A DNA stretch of 64,000 nt, taken from positions 1 to 64,000 of the IMG/VR virus record IMGVR_UViG_3300002220_006617; one strand, written 5' to 3'. The notes beneath the pieces were generated by a model that made no database searches, was not told where the DNA came from, and was given only the letters and a program-made list of their open reading frames with translations. Each line of letters opens with the position of its first letter. The first letter of the stretch is position 1. The DNA is from a virus (lineage: Duplodnaviria; Caudoviricetes). Of the stretch, positions 38,947 through 48,389 are shown piece after piece. The position numbers were made by a program, and so were the translations under genes.

Positions 38947-39264
38947 ATGATGTACGGAAACGATTGCCCTCCCTCCACCGGGCTTTATGGAAGATACCTA
39001 GACGACCTTGGAAACCAGCAATGCGGAGTCTGTAAACGATACAAGGCCCTGATAGCATTTCCTCTTACAATCAAGAACGGTATCTGTTATTACGACCATA
39101 AATGCAAAGAATGCAGGAACGTTACCAATAAAGAAAACTATCAAAAGAAAAAGGTTGTTGAAGTTCCACAGGAAATGAAACCAAGCCCATCCGACGTGGC
39201 CACCCTTAGAAACGTAATGTTTCCACTGGAAAATAACAGAGATCTAAATACTTCCGACTCCTAA
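38947..39264 (+). CDS. Zn-finger protein
   Basis: CGVC...CKEC. Confidence 0.55.
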   Translation: MMYGNDCPPSTGLYGRYLDDLGNQQCGVCKRYKALIAFPLTIKNGICYYDHKCKECRNVTNKENYQKKKVVEVPQEMKPSPSDVATLRNVMFPLENNRDLNTSDS

Positions 39265-39295
39265 TCATCATCAGCAACAATCACAGGCGACACAA

Positions 39296-39685
39296 ATGAA
39301 ACTATCCGAAATAGTATACCCGCTGGAACAACAGATCATAAATGAGGTAAAAAAACCTCAACAACATTGGCTCGGAAAAAAACTATCCCAAGAACATAGA
39401 GATGCGATAAGCAGAGGTTTACAAAAAGCAAAATTAGAAGGACGAAGAAACAGGTCAAACCCCCGCCACTGCGATACCCTTGCAGTAAAAATAAGAATTC
39501 TTCCAACACCGAACGAAAACAAAAAATATTATCATCGATCCGCAAAAGAGATCTGTGCAATTCTCGAACGTAATAAAATCCATCTTAAACACGATACTCA
39601 AAGACTTGACACAGAATTTATCATCGATTTCAGCACACATAATGAGTATAAAATAAATATCACCGACCTCGTAGTCGATATCTAA
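39296..39685 (+). CDS. NUMOD3-motif protein
   Basis: GKKLSQEHRDAIS. Confidence 0.6.
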   Translation: MKLSEIVYPLEQQIINEVKKPQQHWLGKKLSQEHRDAISRGLQKAKLEGRRNRSNPRHCDTLAVKIRILPTPNENKKYYHRSAKEICAILERNKIHLKHDTQRLDTEFIIDFSTHNEYKINITDLVVDI

Positions 39686-39712
39686 TCATCAGCAACAATC
39701 ACGGACGACAAC

Positions 39713-40327
39713 ATGAACGCGACAACACGGGCTGCTTTATGTAGCTCATCTTCTGAATGTTGGAATTCACCCTCGCACATACTTGACTCAGTTTACCGGG
39801 TCCTGGGGCACGTAGATCTCGATCCCTGCAGCAATATGGACTGGTTCTGGGACATTGGCCTGAAAACGCATAATGTCAGAGCAGAACTACATTTCTGCGA
39901 ACGGGTAAATGGCCTCCTCCAGCGATGGGATGGAACGGTATACCTTAACCCCCCGTATGGCGACCAGCTCCTCCCCTGGATCACAAAACTGGATTACGAA
40001 TACCGGGCCGGCCACGTAACCGAAGCCATTGTACTAATACCCGGCCGGCTCGAGACGGAATGGTTCAACATTTTGTCACCGCATTACATCCGGTGCGAGA
40101 TCCTCACCCGCCTCCATTTCAGCAACTCCAAGAACTCTGCAACATTCCCCTCGGTCCTGTTCTACCTGGGCACCCGCGAGAACCGGTTCATTGAAGAGTT
40201 TAAACAATACGGCAACATTGTCAAATGCATTGCACCATCAACCTACGAGAGAAAAACCCGAAGAAAGATTACAGGAGTCAATCTCACAGAAGAAAGAGTC
40301 AATGTTCAACAGATGGTCCTGCTCTGA
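39713..40327 (+). CDS. DNA N6-adenine methyltransferase (phage Dam-type)
   Basis: DLDPC, NGL, YLNPPY, ETEWF, RLHF. Confidence 0.92.
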   Translation: MNATTRAALCSSSSECWNSPSHILDSVYRVLGHVDLDPCSNMDWFWDIGLKTHNVRAELHFCERVNGLLQRWDGTVYLNPPYGDQLLPWITKLDYEYRAGHVTEAIVLIPGRLETEWFNILSPHYIRCEILTRLHFSNSKNSATFPSVLFYLGTRENRFIEEFKQYGNIVKCIAPSTYERKTRRKITGVNLTEERVNVQQMVLL

Positions 40328-40340
40328 TCCTGAACCCGTT

Positions 40341-40408
40341 ACCGTGCCCCTCACGGGTAACCCCTCGCCCTGATGGACAAGGGGATACTCCGTCGGGGCA
40401 CATACGGT
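40341..40408 (+). repeat. conserved hairpin element copy 7
   Basis: GTGCCCCTCACGGGTAACCCCTCGCCC-TGAT-GGACAAGGGGATACTCCGTCGGGGCAC. Confidence 0.9.
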
Positions 40409-40433
40409 GGATTCATTAAAAGGTTTGATCTTT

Positions 40434-40832
40434 ATGGATTCACCTACTACACCAACTATGCCTGCGGTTAAAACCGAGTGGCGAAACGTCGGTAACATTA
40501 TACCGTCGAAGTTTATTACCGGGAAAGATATTGCTTTCCTGAACAACGTCAACCTCAACCTCCTCATTGATCACGACAACAACGTCATGGTCCAGGGGGC
40601 CCCGGACGAAAACAAACAGCCGAGATACATGCAGGTCTCAAAGATCATCCCGGCATCAAACGGCACGACCGGCCGGATCCCTATCTTCGGGACCACGATC
40701 ACGGTCAACCTTGAGCGGCTGGCTGAGATGCGGTCCGGCCAGAGAGACTGGGTCCAGATCGCGATCCCCAAGAAGACGGTCGGCACCACTGCGCCGGAAG
40801 TATCCCCGCACGATATCCCTGCAGCAGTCTGA
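40434..40832 (+). CDS. hypothetical protein
   Basis: ATG after TTAAAA box. Confidence 0.65.
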   Translation: MDSPTTPTMPAVKTEWRNVGNIIPSKFITGKDIAFLNNVNLNLLIDHDNNVMVQGAPDENKQPRYMQVSKIIPASNGTTGRIPIFGTTITVNLERLAEMRSGQRDWVQIAIPKKTVGTTAPEVSPHDIPAAV

Positions 40833-40850
40833 TTTCACGGAGGCCCTCAC

Positions 40851-41291
40851 ATGTCAACCCCCAAATTTTTCCTGATTGCAATGCTGTTAGTCATCAGCTG
40901 CATCAGCTTCACCGGCTGCACAGAAGAGACCACCGCCACGGACTACTCCTGGCAGACTGACAGAACCGATGCTCCCGTTGCCAATACCCCGCGGGTAGTT
41001 GCAACCAAATCCCCGGATTACACCATATCCAACCTTGAGCAGACTTCTGACACCAGCAACCCATACCTGTCAAAGACCACGGTTACCGGTATTGTCAAGA
41101 ACAACCGGAACGTCGAAAAGAGTTTCGTCCTGGTCAAAGCAGAGTTCTTTGATGCAAGCAACGTCAAACTCGGATTCTCCAGTGACTACATTGACTCAAT
41201 AGGACCTGGCCAGTCGGCCAAGTTCGAGATCACATCGTTCAGTGACGACATTGCCGAAAACTCCGATCATTACTCGGTATCAGTTTCATAA
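40851..41291 (+). CDS. FxLYD-domain lipoprotein
   Basis: lipobox FTGC; VTGIVKN..AEFFD..IGPGQSAKFEI. Confidence 0.85.
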   Translation: MSTPKFFLIAMLLVISCISFTGCTEETTATDYSWQTDRTDAPVANTPRVVATKSPDYTISNLEQTSDTSNPYLSKTTVTGIVKNNRNVEKSFVLVKAEFFDASNVKLGFSSDYIDSIGPGQSAKFEITSFSDDIAENSDHYSVSVS

Positions 41292-41311
41292 CCATTTTCA
41301 TTTTTTACCGC

Positions 41312-41386
41312 GGGGCCGGGTAGACGTACCCCTCAGGCTAAAGTCCGGCAACCACCGGACGACCAGTTCGACTCTGGAAGACCCCT
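41312..41386 (+). ncRNA. tRNA-like cloverleaf of unknown identity
   Basis: GGGG/CCCC, GGGTA-GACG-TACCC, GTCCGG-CAACCA-CCGGAC, CCAG-TTCGACT-CTGG. Confidence 0.5.
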
Positions 41387-41488
41387 TTGAAAAGCGAGCA
41401 TTATTATGTTTTCAGAAATAACATGCAACCCACAGGTGCAGGACCGGTTCAGCAACCCGGCTCAGCACACATCACAGGCGACAAGATC

Positions 41489-41752
41489 ATGAACAGATAC
41501 AATGACCTTCGGGTATACTACGTCGATTTCCCGGACCTCCCGGCAATCTACGGCTGCCCGAAAGTCTGGGCGGAGAACAAGGCCGACTCCATTATAGAGG
41601 CACGGGCCCTCTGGGGCCGCATGGAAGGCAAAGAATGTCATCGACTCCCCAACGGCACACGGGTCTATGAAAAAGATCCATCCACCAAATATTTCGAAAA
41701 CATGATCACCGAAGCCCGCCGGCTCGGGATACCAGCAACGGACATGTATTAG
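41489..41752 (+). CDS. hypothetical protein
   Basis: ORF; start uncertain. Confidence 0.55.
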   Translation: MNRYNDLRVYYVDFPDLPAIYGCPKVWAENKADSIIEARALWGRMEGKECHRLPNGTRVYEKDPSTKYFENMITEARRLGIPATDMY

Positions 41753-41753
41753 C

Positions 41754-42149
41754 ATGACAACTGATGAAGAACTAATCGAGATATTCGAATTTGACAAATG
41801 GATGAACGTCACCCAGGGTAAAATCATTTTACTCGATGAACGGTTCGCCAACAAAACAGAACGCGAGAATCCGAACCTGCACGTTTACGGGGTTCGTGAA
41901 GAAGAAAACCCGGACTGGAATGGAATCCACATATCCAAACCCGGCGGTGAACTTGATTTCATCCAAACCATCGAGAAAAACGTATGGGTCAATCGAATCA
42001 TGGAATTCATCACAGACTTCCCGATCCCCCACCTCGAGAACAACGGTATCATCAACCTCATGAATGGGGACACATCAACACCCTGGGACGTCAACAACGG
42101 TGATTTATCCATCCAGACTTGGGTAAACGACATGTTTGAGTTATCATGA
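41754..42149 (+). CDS. LPD28-like protein
   Basis: DER...LHVYGVRE...TIEKNVWVN...FITD. Confidence 0.6.
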   Translation: MTTDEELIEIFEFDKWMNVTQGKIILLDERFANKTERENPNLHVYGVREEENPDWNGIHISKPGGELDFIQTIEKNVWVNRIMEFITDFPIPHLENNGIINLMNGDTSTPWDVNNGDLSIQTWVNDMFELS

Positions 42150-42667
42150 CCCACAAAACCAAAGGGATCCATGAGATCAAGTCCGGCATCTACAAAGGAC
42201 TGACCACAAAGGAGGTCCTCGACAATGCCTGGGAATGCAATAGTATTGCCCAACATCACATCCTGACCAGTTGGGCCCCGGACTTCCCGACACGCGACAT
42301 CATCTGGGATGAAGAGATCCGCGGTCAGACTACTGACGGGTACTGGGAAAACATGCCCCTCTGCAAAATACGGATTCTGGACCTCCTGAACCACCGTCCC
42401 GAAGAAGATTATCACCGCGGTATGTTCGGCCGGATGCTCTTATCAGTCAGATGCTGCCCGGGCCGTGAAGATTACGGGATTGGTAACCTGTTCCGGGATA
42501 TCCGGAAAATAGCCGAAGGTTACGACAACGATCGCCTGGGGGAATGGCCAAATGCTGACGATAAAGATTGCAGACTGAACTGCAAACAGTATCAGGAAAG
42601 CAAATACAAAGCCGAACAATGCGACGCCGAAAAACTCTGGCGTGAAGAACACAAGGAGACCTGGTAA
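42146..42667 (+). CDS. hypothetical protein
   Basis: ATGA coupling. Confidence 0.6.
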   Translation: MTHKTKGIHEIKSGIYKGLTTKEVLDNAWECNSIAQHHILTSWAPDFPTRDIIWDEEIRGQTTDGYWENMPLCKIRILDLLNHRPEEDYHRGMFGRMLLSVRCCPGREDYGIGNLFRDIRKIAEGYDNDRLGEWPNADDKDCRLNCKQYQESKYKAEQCDAEKLWREEHKETW

Positions 42668-43071
42668 TGACGCAAATAAAAGCAATTGTAACGTTCGACA
42701 TCCCGGACGACAAACCCATGCACGAAATACTCGATAGTGACTTCTTCCTCGAAGAACCCGAGTTAAAGTTCCTCAACGAAGTTGCCGACAAGACCTATCC
42801 GGAACTCACTCCGGAACAGCAGGAACAAGTGCGTGACTGGCTGTTCAAAGACAAAATGAGTTACGAACTTGCCGGGGACGATTACGACTACAAAATCATC
42901 AACCCCTCACTCAACGCGGTAAACTGCCCAAAATGCAGGACCCAGAACATCACGGCCGAACCGCCCAACGGCGACCATAACCAGATGTGGGAACATATTT
43001 ATTGCAATGACTGTTCTTACGGCTGGATCAATATCTTTGAATTCACCGGTCAGGAGACCAACCATGGATAA
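42667..43071 (+). CDS. Zn-ribbon protein
   Basis: CPKC...CNDC. Confidence 0.6.
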   Translation: MTQIKAIVTFDIPDDKPMHEILDSDFFLEEPELKFLNEVADKTYPELTPEQQEQVRDWLFKDKMSYELAGDDYDYKIINPSLNAVNCPKCRTQNITAEPPNGDHNQMWEHIYCNDCSYGWINIFEFTGQETNHG

Positions 43072-43339
43072 CATACTCGACATTGAAGAATTCATCACCC
43101 CATCTGTAATCAGAACAATCTATCTCATCGGCATCACGATGCTTGCCCTTATCGGCACACTGGGAGCATTCATCTCACTACTCACCCCGGCAACCTTTGT
43201 CGGCTCGATCGTCCTGATCATTACCGTAATCATCCTGATAGGTGTATGGAGGATCTTCTGTGAGTGCCTGCTGATCTTCTTCTCCATCCACGAGAAACTT
43301 ACCATCATCGCCAGCCAGTCCATCCTGGCCAACCGGTAA
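43064..43339 (+). CDS. DUF4282-family membrane protein
   Basis: FITPSVIRTIY...RIFCE.L..FFSIHE.L. Confidence 0.8.
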   Translation: MDNILDIEEFITPSVIRTIYLIGITMLALIGTLGAFISLLTPATFVGSIVLIITVIILIGVWRIFCECLLIFFSIHEKLTIIASQSILANR

Positions 43340-43380
43340 CCTCAACCATGACACGGAATCTACAGGAGGTACGGACGGTT

Positions 43381-43440
43381 TCGTCCCCGATCGGGTAAAC
43401 CCCTCGCCTGATGGCGAGGGGAATACTCCGTCGGGAACGA
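43381..43440 (+). repeat. conserved hairpin element copy 8
   Basis: TCGTCCCCGATCGGGTAAACCCCTCGCC-TGAT-GGCGAGGGGAATACTCCGTCGGGAACGA. Confidence 0.92.
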
Positions 43441-43489
43441 CATCCAATTCCCGTCTTTAAATTTTTTAATATCAGCAAAGGAATGAATC

Positions 43490-43843
43490 ATGACAGACGA
43501 CGACAACACCCAGAACCCTACCCAGGGTACCGATATGAACAGCCCCCAGACCACCGAGCCCATCACCGAGGTTAACGCCAGCGGAGAGGACAACCAGACC
43601 GGCCCGAACAGCGAGCCCGTCGAGTACGTTGCATCTGTCAAGGGTGTAGACAAGGTATTTGACCACGCGATCACCCTCCAGGACCTCATCGACTTCACCG
43701 AGGAGCAGGGTGTTAAGAAGTTCTCGGCATACGCGCCCGAGACTGCAGAGTTCCCGAACGGCCAGAAACTCAAGGCCCGCATGTTCCCCTACGCCGGGGA
43801 CGTCGAGCTCCGTGAACTCATGGAGCCCAAGACCTTCAACTAA
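43490..43843 (+). CDS. putative ubiquitin-like (beta-grasp) protein with acidic disordered N-terminus
   Basis: ~70-aa strand-strand-helix-strands domain just upstream of E1; no terminal GG. Confidence 0.55.
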   Translation: MTDDDNTQNPTQGTDMNSPQTTEPITEVNASGEDNQTGPNSEPVEYVASVKGVDKVFDHAITLQDLIDFTEEQGVKKFSAYAPETAEFPNGQKLKARMFPYAGDVELRELMEPKTFN

Positions 43844-43870
43844 TTTTTTAAAATAACGGATTGAACAACC

Positions 43871-44533
43871 ATGCCACCCACTACCCCAACTGCAGACTCC
43901 CTCTATGCCCGCCAGGACCTCATCGGTCAGGTAAAACCCGTTGAATCAGCCATAGTCATCGGAACCGGTGGCGTAGGTTACTGGGTAGCCCTTGCCCTTG
44001 CAATGACCGGCACCAAAAAACTGTTTCTCATCGACTTCGATAACGTGGAAGAGTCCAACCGGTCCCGCATCCCGTTCAAGAAAAGCGACGTAGGCAAACC
44101 CAAGATCATGGCACTCGCCAACTTCATCAACGAGATCCGGCACGGCCACTGTGAAGTAGTCCCACTCGAGATGCGCTGTGAAAAGGTCCCGCCCATGTTC
44201 CGGAACGATCCCGCCTGGAAAACCGCTGCGGTCTACGATTGCCGTGACAACACTGACGAACTCCCGGACTTCTACAATAAATGCAGGATCACCGGCGGTT
44301 ACGACGGGCTCAAAATGAGTCTCCACCGGAACCCGAACAACGAGGATATCTTCGGTAACGGACCGACCCGGTATACCATCACCCCCTCGTATGCAATCAT
44401 GCCCATGTTACTGGCTGCCATGATCGTCGGATACTCAACCATCCCATCAATGCAGAAAGAGACGGACCTCGACAGCACGTTCACCTTCCAGGAACTCGTC
44501 AACCACAAGATCTTCAACGAGGCTGCATCGTGA
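43871..44533 (+). CDS. ThiF/E1-like adenylyltransferase
   Basis: YARQ, VIGTGGVG, DFDNVEESNRSR, GKPK, DCRDN. Confidence 0.92.
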   Translation: MPPTTPTADSLYARQDLIGQVKPVESAIVIGTGGVGYWVALALAMTGTKKLFLIDFDNVEESNRSRIPFKKSDVGKPKIMALANFINEIRHGHCEVVPLEMRCEKVPPMFRNDPAWKTAAVYDCRDNTDELPDFYNKCRITGGYDGLKMSLHRNPNNEDIFGNGPTRYTITPSYAIMPMLLAAMIVGYSTIPSMQKETDLDSTFTFQELVNHKIFNEAAS

Positions 44534-45024
44534 GCGGTTACTACATGACATTCCTTGTTTATTCCGAGGAAAACACCTATCAAGGCGCCATAAAATCTGC
44601 CAAAGATGAGATCGATGCCATGTACGCCGAGGGTTCACTAGGCCCTGATGATCACGGATACATTGACCCAATCGAAAAGATAATCCCGGCAACTAAAACT
44701 GAACCGTTCAGAAACGCAATATCCGAACTCAACCTGAAACGTGCCACAGCCTACCAGTACTACGTCGAGAAAGCCGTAGAGATTACAAATAAAGCCGGAC
44801 ACACACTCGCAAACTTACCCCTCGAAGAACAGGAACCCAGCAAATATAACGACATGTTCGGCCATTACATGAAACTTGCCGGACTGATCCACGGCCGGGA
44901 TTTCACTGTTCAGGGAATCCTCTACGATACGGAAACCTTCGAATGCGGTATCACCCAGGACCGGCTCAACGAACTCCTTAAACATCCTAATGGTTTCTAT
45001 CTGGTCCCCATGGTCGTGGGTTGA
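44530..45024 (+). CDS. hypothetical protein
   Basis: coupled ORF. Confidence 0.6.
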   Translation: MSGYYMTFLVYSEENTYQGAIKSAKDEIDAMYAEGSLGPDDHGYIDPIEKIIPATKTEPFRNAISELNLKRATAYQYYVEKAVEITNKAGHTLANLPLEEQEPSKYNDMFGHYMKLAGLIHGRDFTVQGILYDTETFECGITQDRLNELLKHPNGFYLVPMVVG

Positions 45025-45479
45025 TGATCCCACCATCAATCTGCATCATTTCCTGCGGTAAAGCCAAATACTGGGACGCTCATCCAGATGACGCAACCAA
45101 CACCGTAAAACCTGCCCGTGACGTTTACACCGGTCCACTGTTCAAAAAATGTGCAGAACTTGCTGAACTGACGCATCCATACAACTGGTACATCCTCTCA
45201 GACAAATACGGACTGATAACACCGGACCAGTTAATCCAGAACTACGACGTATCCCCAGAAGTCATCAAAGACAACAACCTGTTCCGGTTACTCGTAGAGT
45301 TCCAGGCTCTTTCTCTCAACATTCTCAAAACCGAACGTGTCGTAGCACCTGTCGGTAAAATCCACGAATCTGTCATCAAATCTGTTTTCACAGATTCAGG
45401 ATACATAAACCCCCTGGCTGGCATGTCCCAGGGCAAACGCATGCAAACACTCACCAGACTCATCAAGGACAAACCATGA
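45021..45479 (+). CDS. DUF6884-like protein
   Basis: IISCGKAK..PARDVYTGPLF..WYILSDKYGLI..YD. Confidence 0.75.
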   Translation: MMIPPSICIISCGKAKYWDAHPDDATNTVKPARDVYTGPLFKKCAELAELTHPYNWYILSDKYGLITPDQLIQNYDVSPEVIKDNNLFRLLVEFQALSLNILKTERVVAPVGKIHESVIKSVFTDSGYINPLAGMSQGKRMQTLTRLIKDKP

Positions 45480-46198
45480 AATCCCATACTACAAAACCCG
45501 GCCTCCGGCTCCGCGCACCTGACATTAACGACGACGACGACGTATTTGATTCCGGCATTGTCCTCATCAAATCCCATGACCTTTACATCGGCACTGAACT
45601 CCTGGCATATTGCGACGCAATCCAGCAGAAATTTCCCCGGCTGGAATGGAGCATCATGCTCAAAGGCAAATGGATCCCCGAAGGATATTCAGTCAGCAAA
45701 TCTTTTGCAATCCCAGACCAGGAAGTTGCCGGCGCTGAAGTCAACCTGAACGACCGTGAAGTTGCTGCCCTGACCGCCCAGGGGTACAACACGATCATCC
45801 ACAGTCACCCGTTTCCTTCAAGTTCATTCAGCTCATCCGACATGGAAACCCTGACATCTACGGCTGAGTGTTCCATCCTCTACAGCGAAGGTGCATTCAC
45901 CACCGCCACGATCGGCATCCGTGTAGCAACAGGACTCAAACTCCTGATCATGCCCGATATCAAGATGATCCATGACATTCACATGGACCTCCCGGACAAC
46001 ATCACGTCCAAGATCAAAACCCGGTCCTTCGATCATTTCCACGGGTGCGTATCCGTCACGAACCGCCCACGGTCCGTCAGCGACGCAGTCAGCAGAACCA
46101 AAAAAAACGGCGAAACAAATCTGCTGCTCGACGAGGCCACAACAACCACCGTACATGAAACTTTCGAACTCTACGACAACCTCCTTTCAGAGTTTTAA
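45476..46198 (+). CDS. JAB/JAMM metalloprotease
   Basis: LEW, IPDQEV, IHSHP....FSSSD. Confidence 0.85.
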   Translation: MKSHTTKPGLRLRAPDINDDDDVFDSGIVLIKSHDLYIGTELLAYCDAIQQKFPRLEWSIMLKGKWIPEGYSVSKSFAIPDQEVAGAEVNLNDREVAALTAQGYNTIIHSHPFPSSSFSSSDMETLTSTAECSILYSEGAFTTATIGIRVATGLKLLIMPDIKMIHDIHMDLPDNITSKIKTRSFDHFHGCVSVTNRPRSVSDAVSRTKKNGETNLLLDEATTTTVHETFELYDNLLSEF

Positions 46199-46200
46199 CC

Positions 46201-47949
46201 ATGTTCACCTTTGAGATCTGCAAAGATTCCGATAACAGTTACATGCTGAACCCTATAGGAGATACCGATAGCGATCCAGCATTCAACCGTGCATCCATGA
46301 AATTGCCCTCCATGGACGACTGGAGACGGTTCCTCATTTATTGTACAGAAAACGAGTTCTGTTGCATCCCTCTCAAGGACAAAAAAGCATTACTCCGGTC
46401 AAAATACGGCAAGAAATCCATATCGTTTGTGCTTGAACCTGACGAAGAGATCAATGCACTTGTACCTCATGACGAACTGGTTTCATTACTCCCGTTATTT
46501 GCCATATGGCTCCAGTCACTCAACACCGCCAGGTACCTCATTAACCAGCGAAACAAAGGACATGACCTCACCAGGATCACCAGTGCAACCGAACTTATTG
46601 AATCCAAAGATCTGGTCGTCTCGCTCCTCAAGAAAACTCCCGACTGTTCCATGAAACTCGTGGTCAACGGAACCCCGTTCGTCATGGACATGACCAACCA
46701 GAGCTGCGACACTGACTACCCCATCACCGATCTGTCTGCCTGTAAAAACGAGGATATGCAGGGAATCTACAACACGTTTGCCAACCTGGTTCAACTTCTC
46801 CGTGAAAACGCCGAGACCCGGATCAGCGTACTCGAAAAAAAACAGAACGAAATTGAACAAACCCTCCGGACCAAAATCTTCTCGGAAGTCATGCAAAAAC
46901 TTGCAACCTTCGTATCGCATGGCTGGACGTTCAACAAAGCCGGATATTTCACCTACACCCATCAAATCAACTGCACCCACCTAGTAATCTCGGCATCATA
47001 CCTTACCGGTGAAAGTGTTATAGATACAGACGACCTGCTCTCTCTTGAACTCCCTGAAAATCTCCGAGCAAAATTCCAGATCCCCGGTATCATAACCCCC
47101 TATAAAGACAAAATTGAAGGGGTAACCATCGTCAGCGATTCCAAAAAACCCGCTTACCACCCTCATTACGACAGCCAATACGGCTTATGTATCGGAGACT
47201 TTGCCAAAAGGCCGTTTGACGAAATTATCAATCTGCCCCAGGCACTCACCCAGATCAATTATAACAGTATGTGGGGCGGTAGAGCAAATGAAGAACTCAA
47301 TCGCTGGATAAAAACCATCAAGGAAATGCCCAAAAACAAACTCGATCAGTTTGTCCGGAAAGCCAGAAATGAAGACAGCGACGTCTTCTGCAAAGACCGG
47401 GAATACGATGAAGAACCCATCCCTGCGGTCCCAGAACGGGCGACCATAACAATTCTCAGTCCGGACGGCGCATCTGCCAGAGCAACCGTAACTGCTGCAG
47501 AGATCATCAACCCGGGAATGGCCAACCCACAGACAATAGTTGCAGCAACTCACACGAGCCCCCAGGTAATCATTCCGCCAGAATTGGTCATACCCCGGGC
47601 AAGAACGCCCAATATCATGGAAGCCTGGACTAGCAACCCCGACGTAGAACAGATCGGTCAAGACATGCAGATCCTAACAGACATCATCAACGAACACAAT
47701 GATCAATTCAGGCGCGACTATGACGGGGCAATCGAGTTCGATCAAGACGGTAACCGTAGTCGGATCAACGCTGGACTACCCCCGATAAACCTTGCAGAAG
47801 AACGAAGCCATCCGGCAACAACCATACGGATAATCCCGCTTGGGGGGGACACAGACGTATTCGAAACACCGGCTCCAGTCGCCCACAACCCGATCCCGGC
47901 CCATGTTGAAGACTATGAGAACGACGATGAAGTGTTCGGCAGCCACTAA
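46201..47949 (+). CDS. large protein with putative E2/UBC-like domain
   Basis: coiled coil then YHPHYDSQYGLCIGD and LTQINYNS; disordered C-terminus. Confidence 0.6.
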   Translation: MFTFEICKDSDNSYMLNPIGDTDSDPAFNRASMKLPSMDDWRRFLIYCTENEFCCIPLKDKKALLRSKYGKKSISFVLEPDEEINALVPHDELVSLLPLFAIWLQSLNTARYLINQRNKGHDLTRITSATELIESKDLVVSLLKKTPDCSMKLVVNGTPFVMDMTNQSCDTDYPITDLSACKNEDMQGIYNTFANLVQLLRENAETRISVLEKKQNEIEQTLRTKIFSEVMQKLATFVSHGWTFNKAGYFTYTHQINCTHLVISASYLTGESVIDTDDLLSLELPENLRAKFQIPGIITPYKDKIEGVTIVSDSKKPAYHPHYDSQYGLCIGDFAKRPFDEIINLPQALTQINYNSMWGGRANEELNRWIKTIKEMPKNKLDQFVRKARNEDSDVFCKDREYDEEPIPAVPERATITILSPDGASARATVTAAEIINPGMANPQTIVAATHTSPQVIIPPELVIPRARTPNIMEAWTSNPDVEQIGQDMQILTDIINEHNDQFRRDYDGAIEFDQDGNRSRINAGLPPINLAEERSHPATTIRIIPLGGDTDVFETPAPVAHNPIPAHVEDYENDDEVFGSH

Positions 47950-48109
47950 TCTTTTTGAACAATATGTTGAAAAGATCTGTCTTGCCTGCACATCAACCAC
48001 AATCCACTGCAACGATGATCCCCAGAACTGTCCCGTCCTTATCAAAACTGTGGAAGATGACGAAGACTCTATCGCAGACGACCAGTACGAGACCTGGCGT
48101 GAAACCGTT

Positions 48110-48389
48110 CATGACCGTCAGGTTCCGATGCACGGACCTTGACTCCGGCAATCAGAAAGAAATGGACCTCCTTGAATGCATTTACGAACACGACGTATCT
48201 ATCACTCCATTCGAATTCCGTAAAGGTATCGGACCCAAATCCTGGTTTTACCTCAGCAAATCACTAGGGTACACTACGGGCCTCCGGCTTGACGACGACT
48301 GGGCAGTCCAGTTCATGAAATCAGAACTTCCAAGCGGCCGGAAATGCTGGCACCTGGACTGGTCAGCAATTGACTACATCATCTATTGA
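48110..48389 (+). CDS. hypothetical protein
   Basis: LDDDWAVQFMKS...WSAIDYI; start approximate. Confidence 0.5.

Noticed and set aside
13409-40408. Hairpins as archaeal SECIS elements (three follow TGA stops)
   Set aside because: No consistent GAA/A motif; other copies follow TAA/TAG or no stop; read-through of the TGAs gives nothing meaningful.
8172-43398. ORFs ending at the TAA inside GGGTAA (copies 1, 4, 8)
   Set aside because: Three of nine is about chance for one reading frame; two are tiny ORFs.
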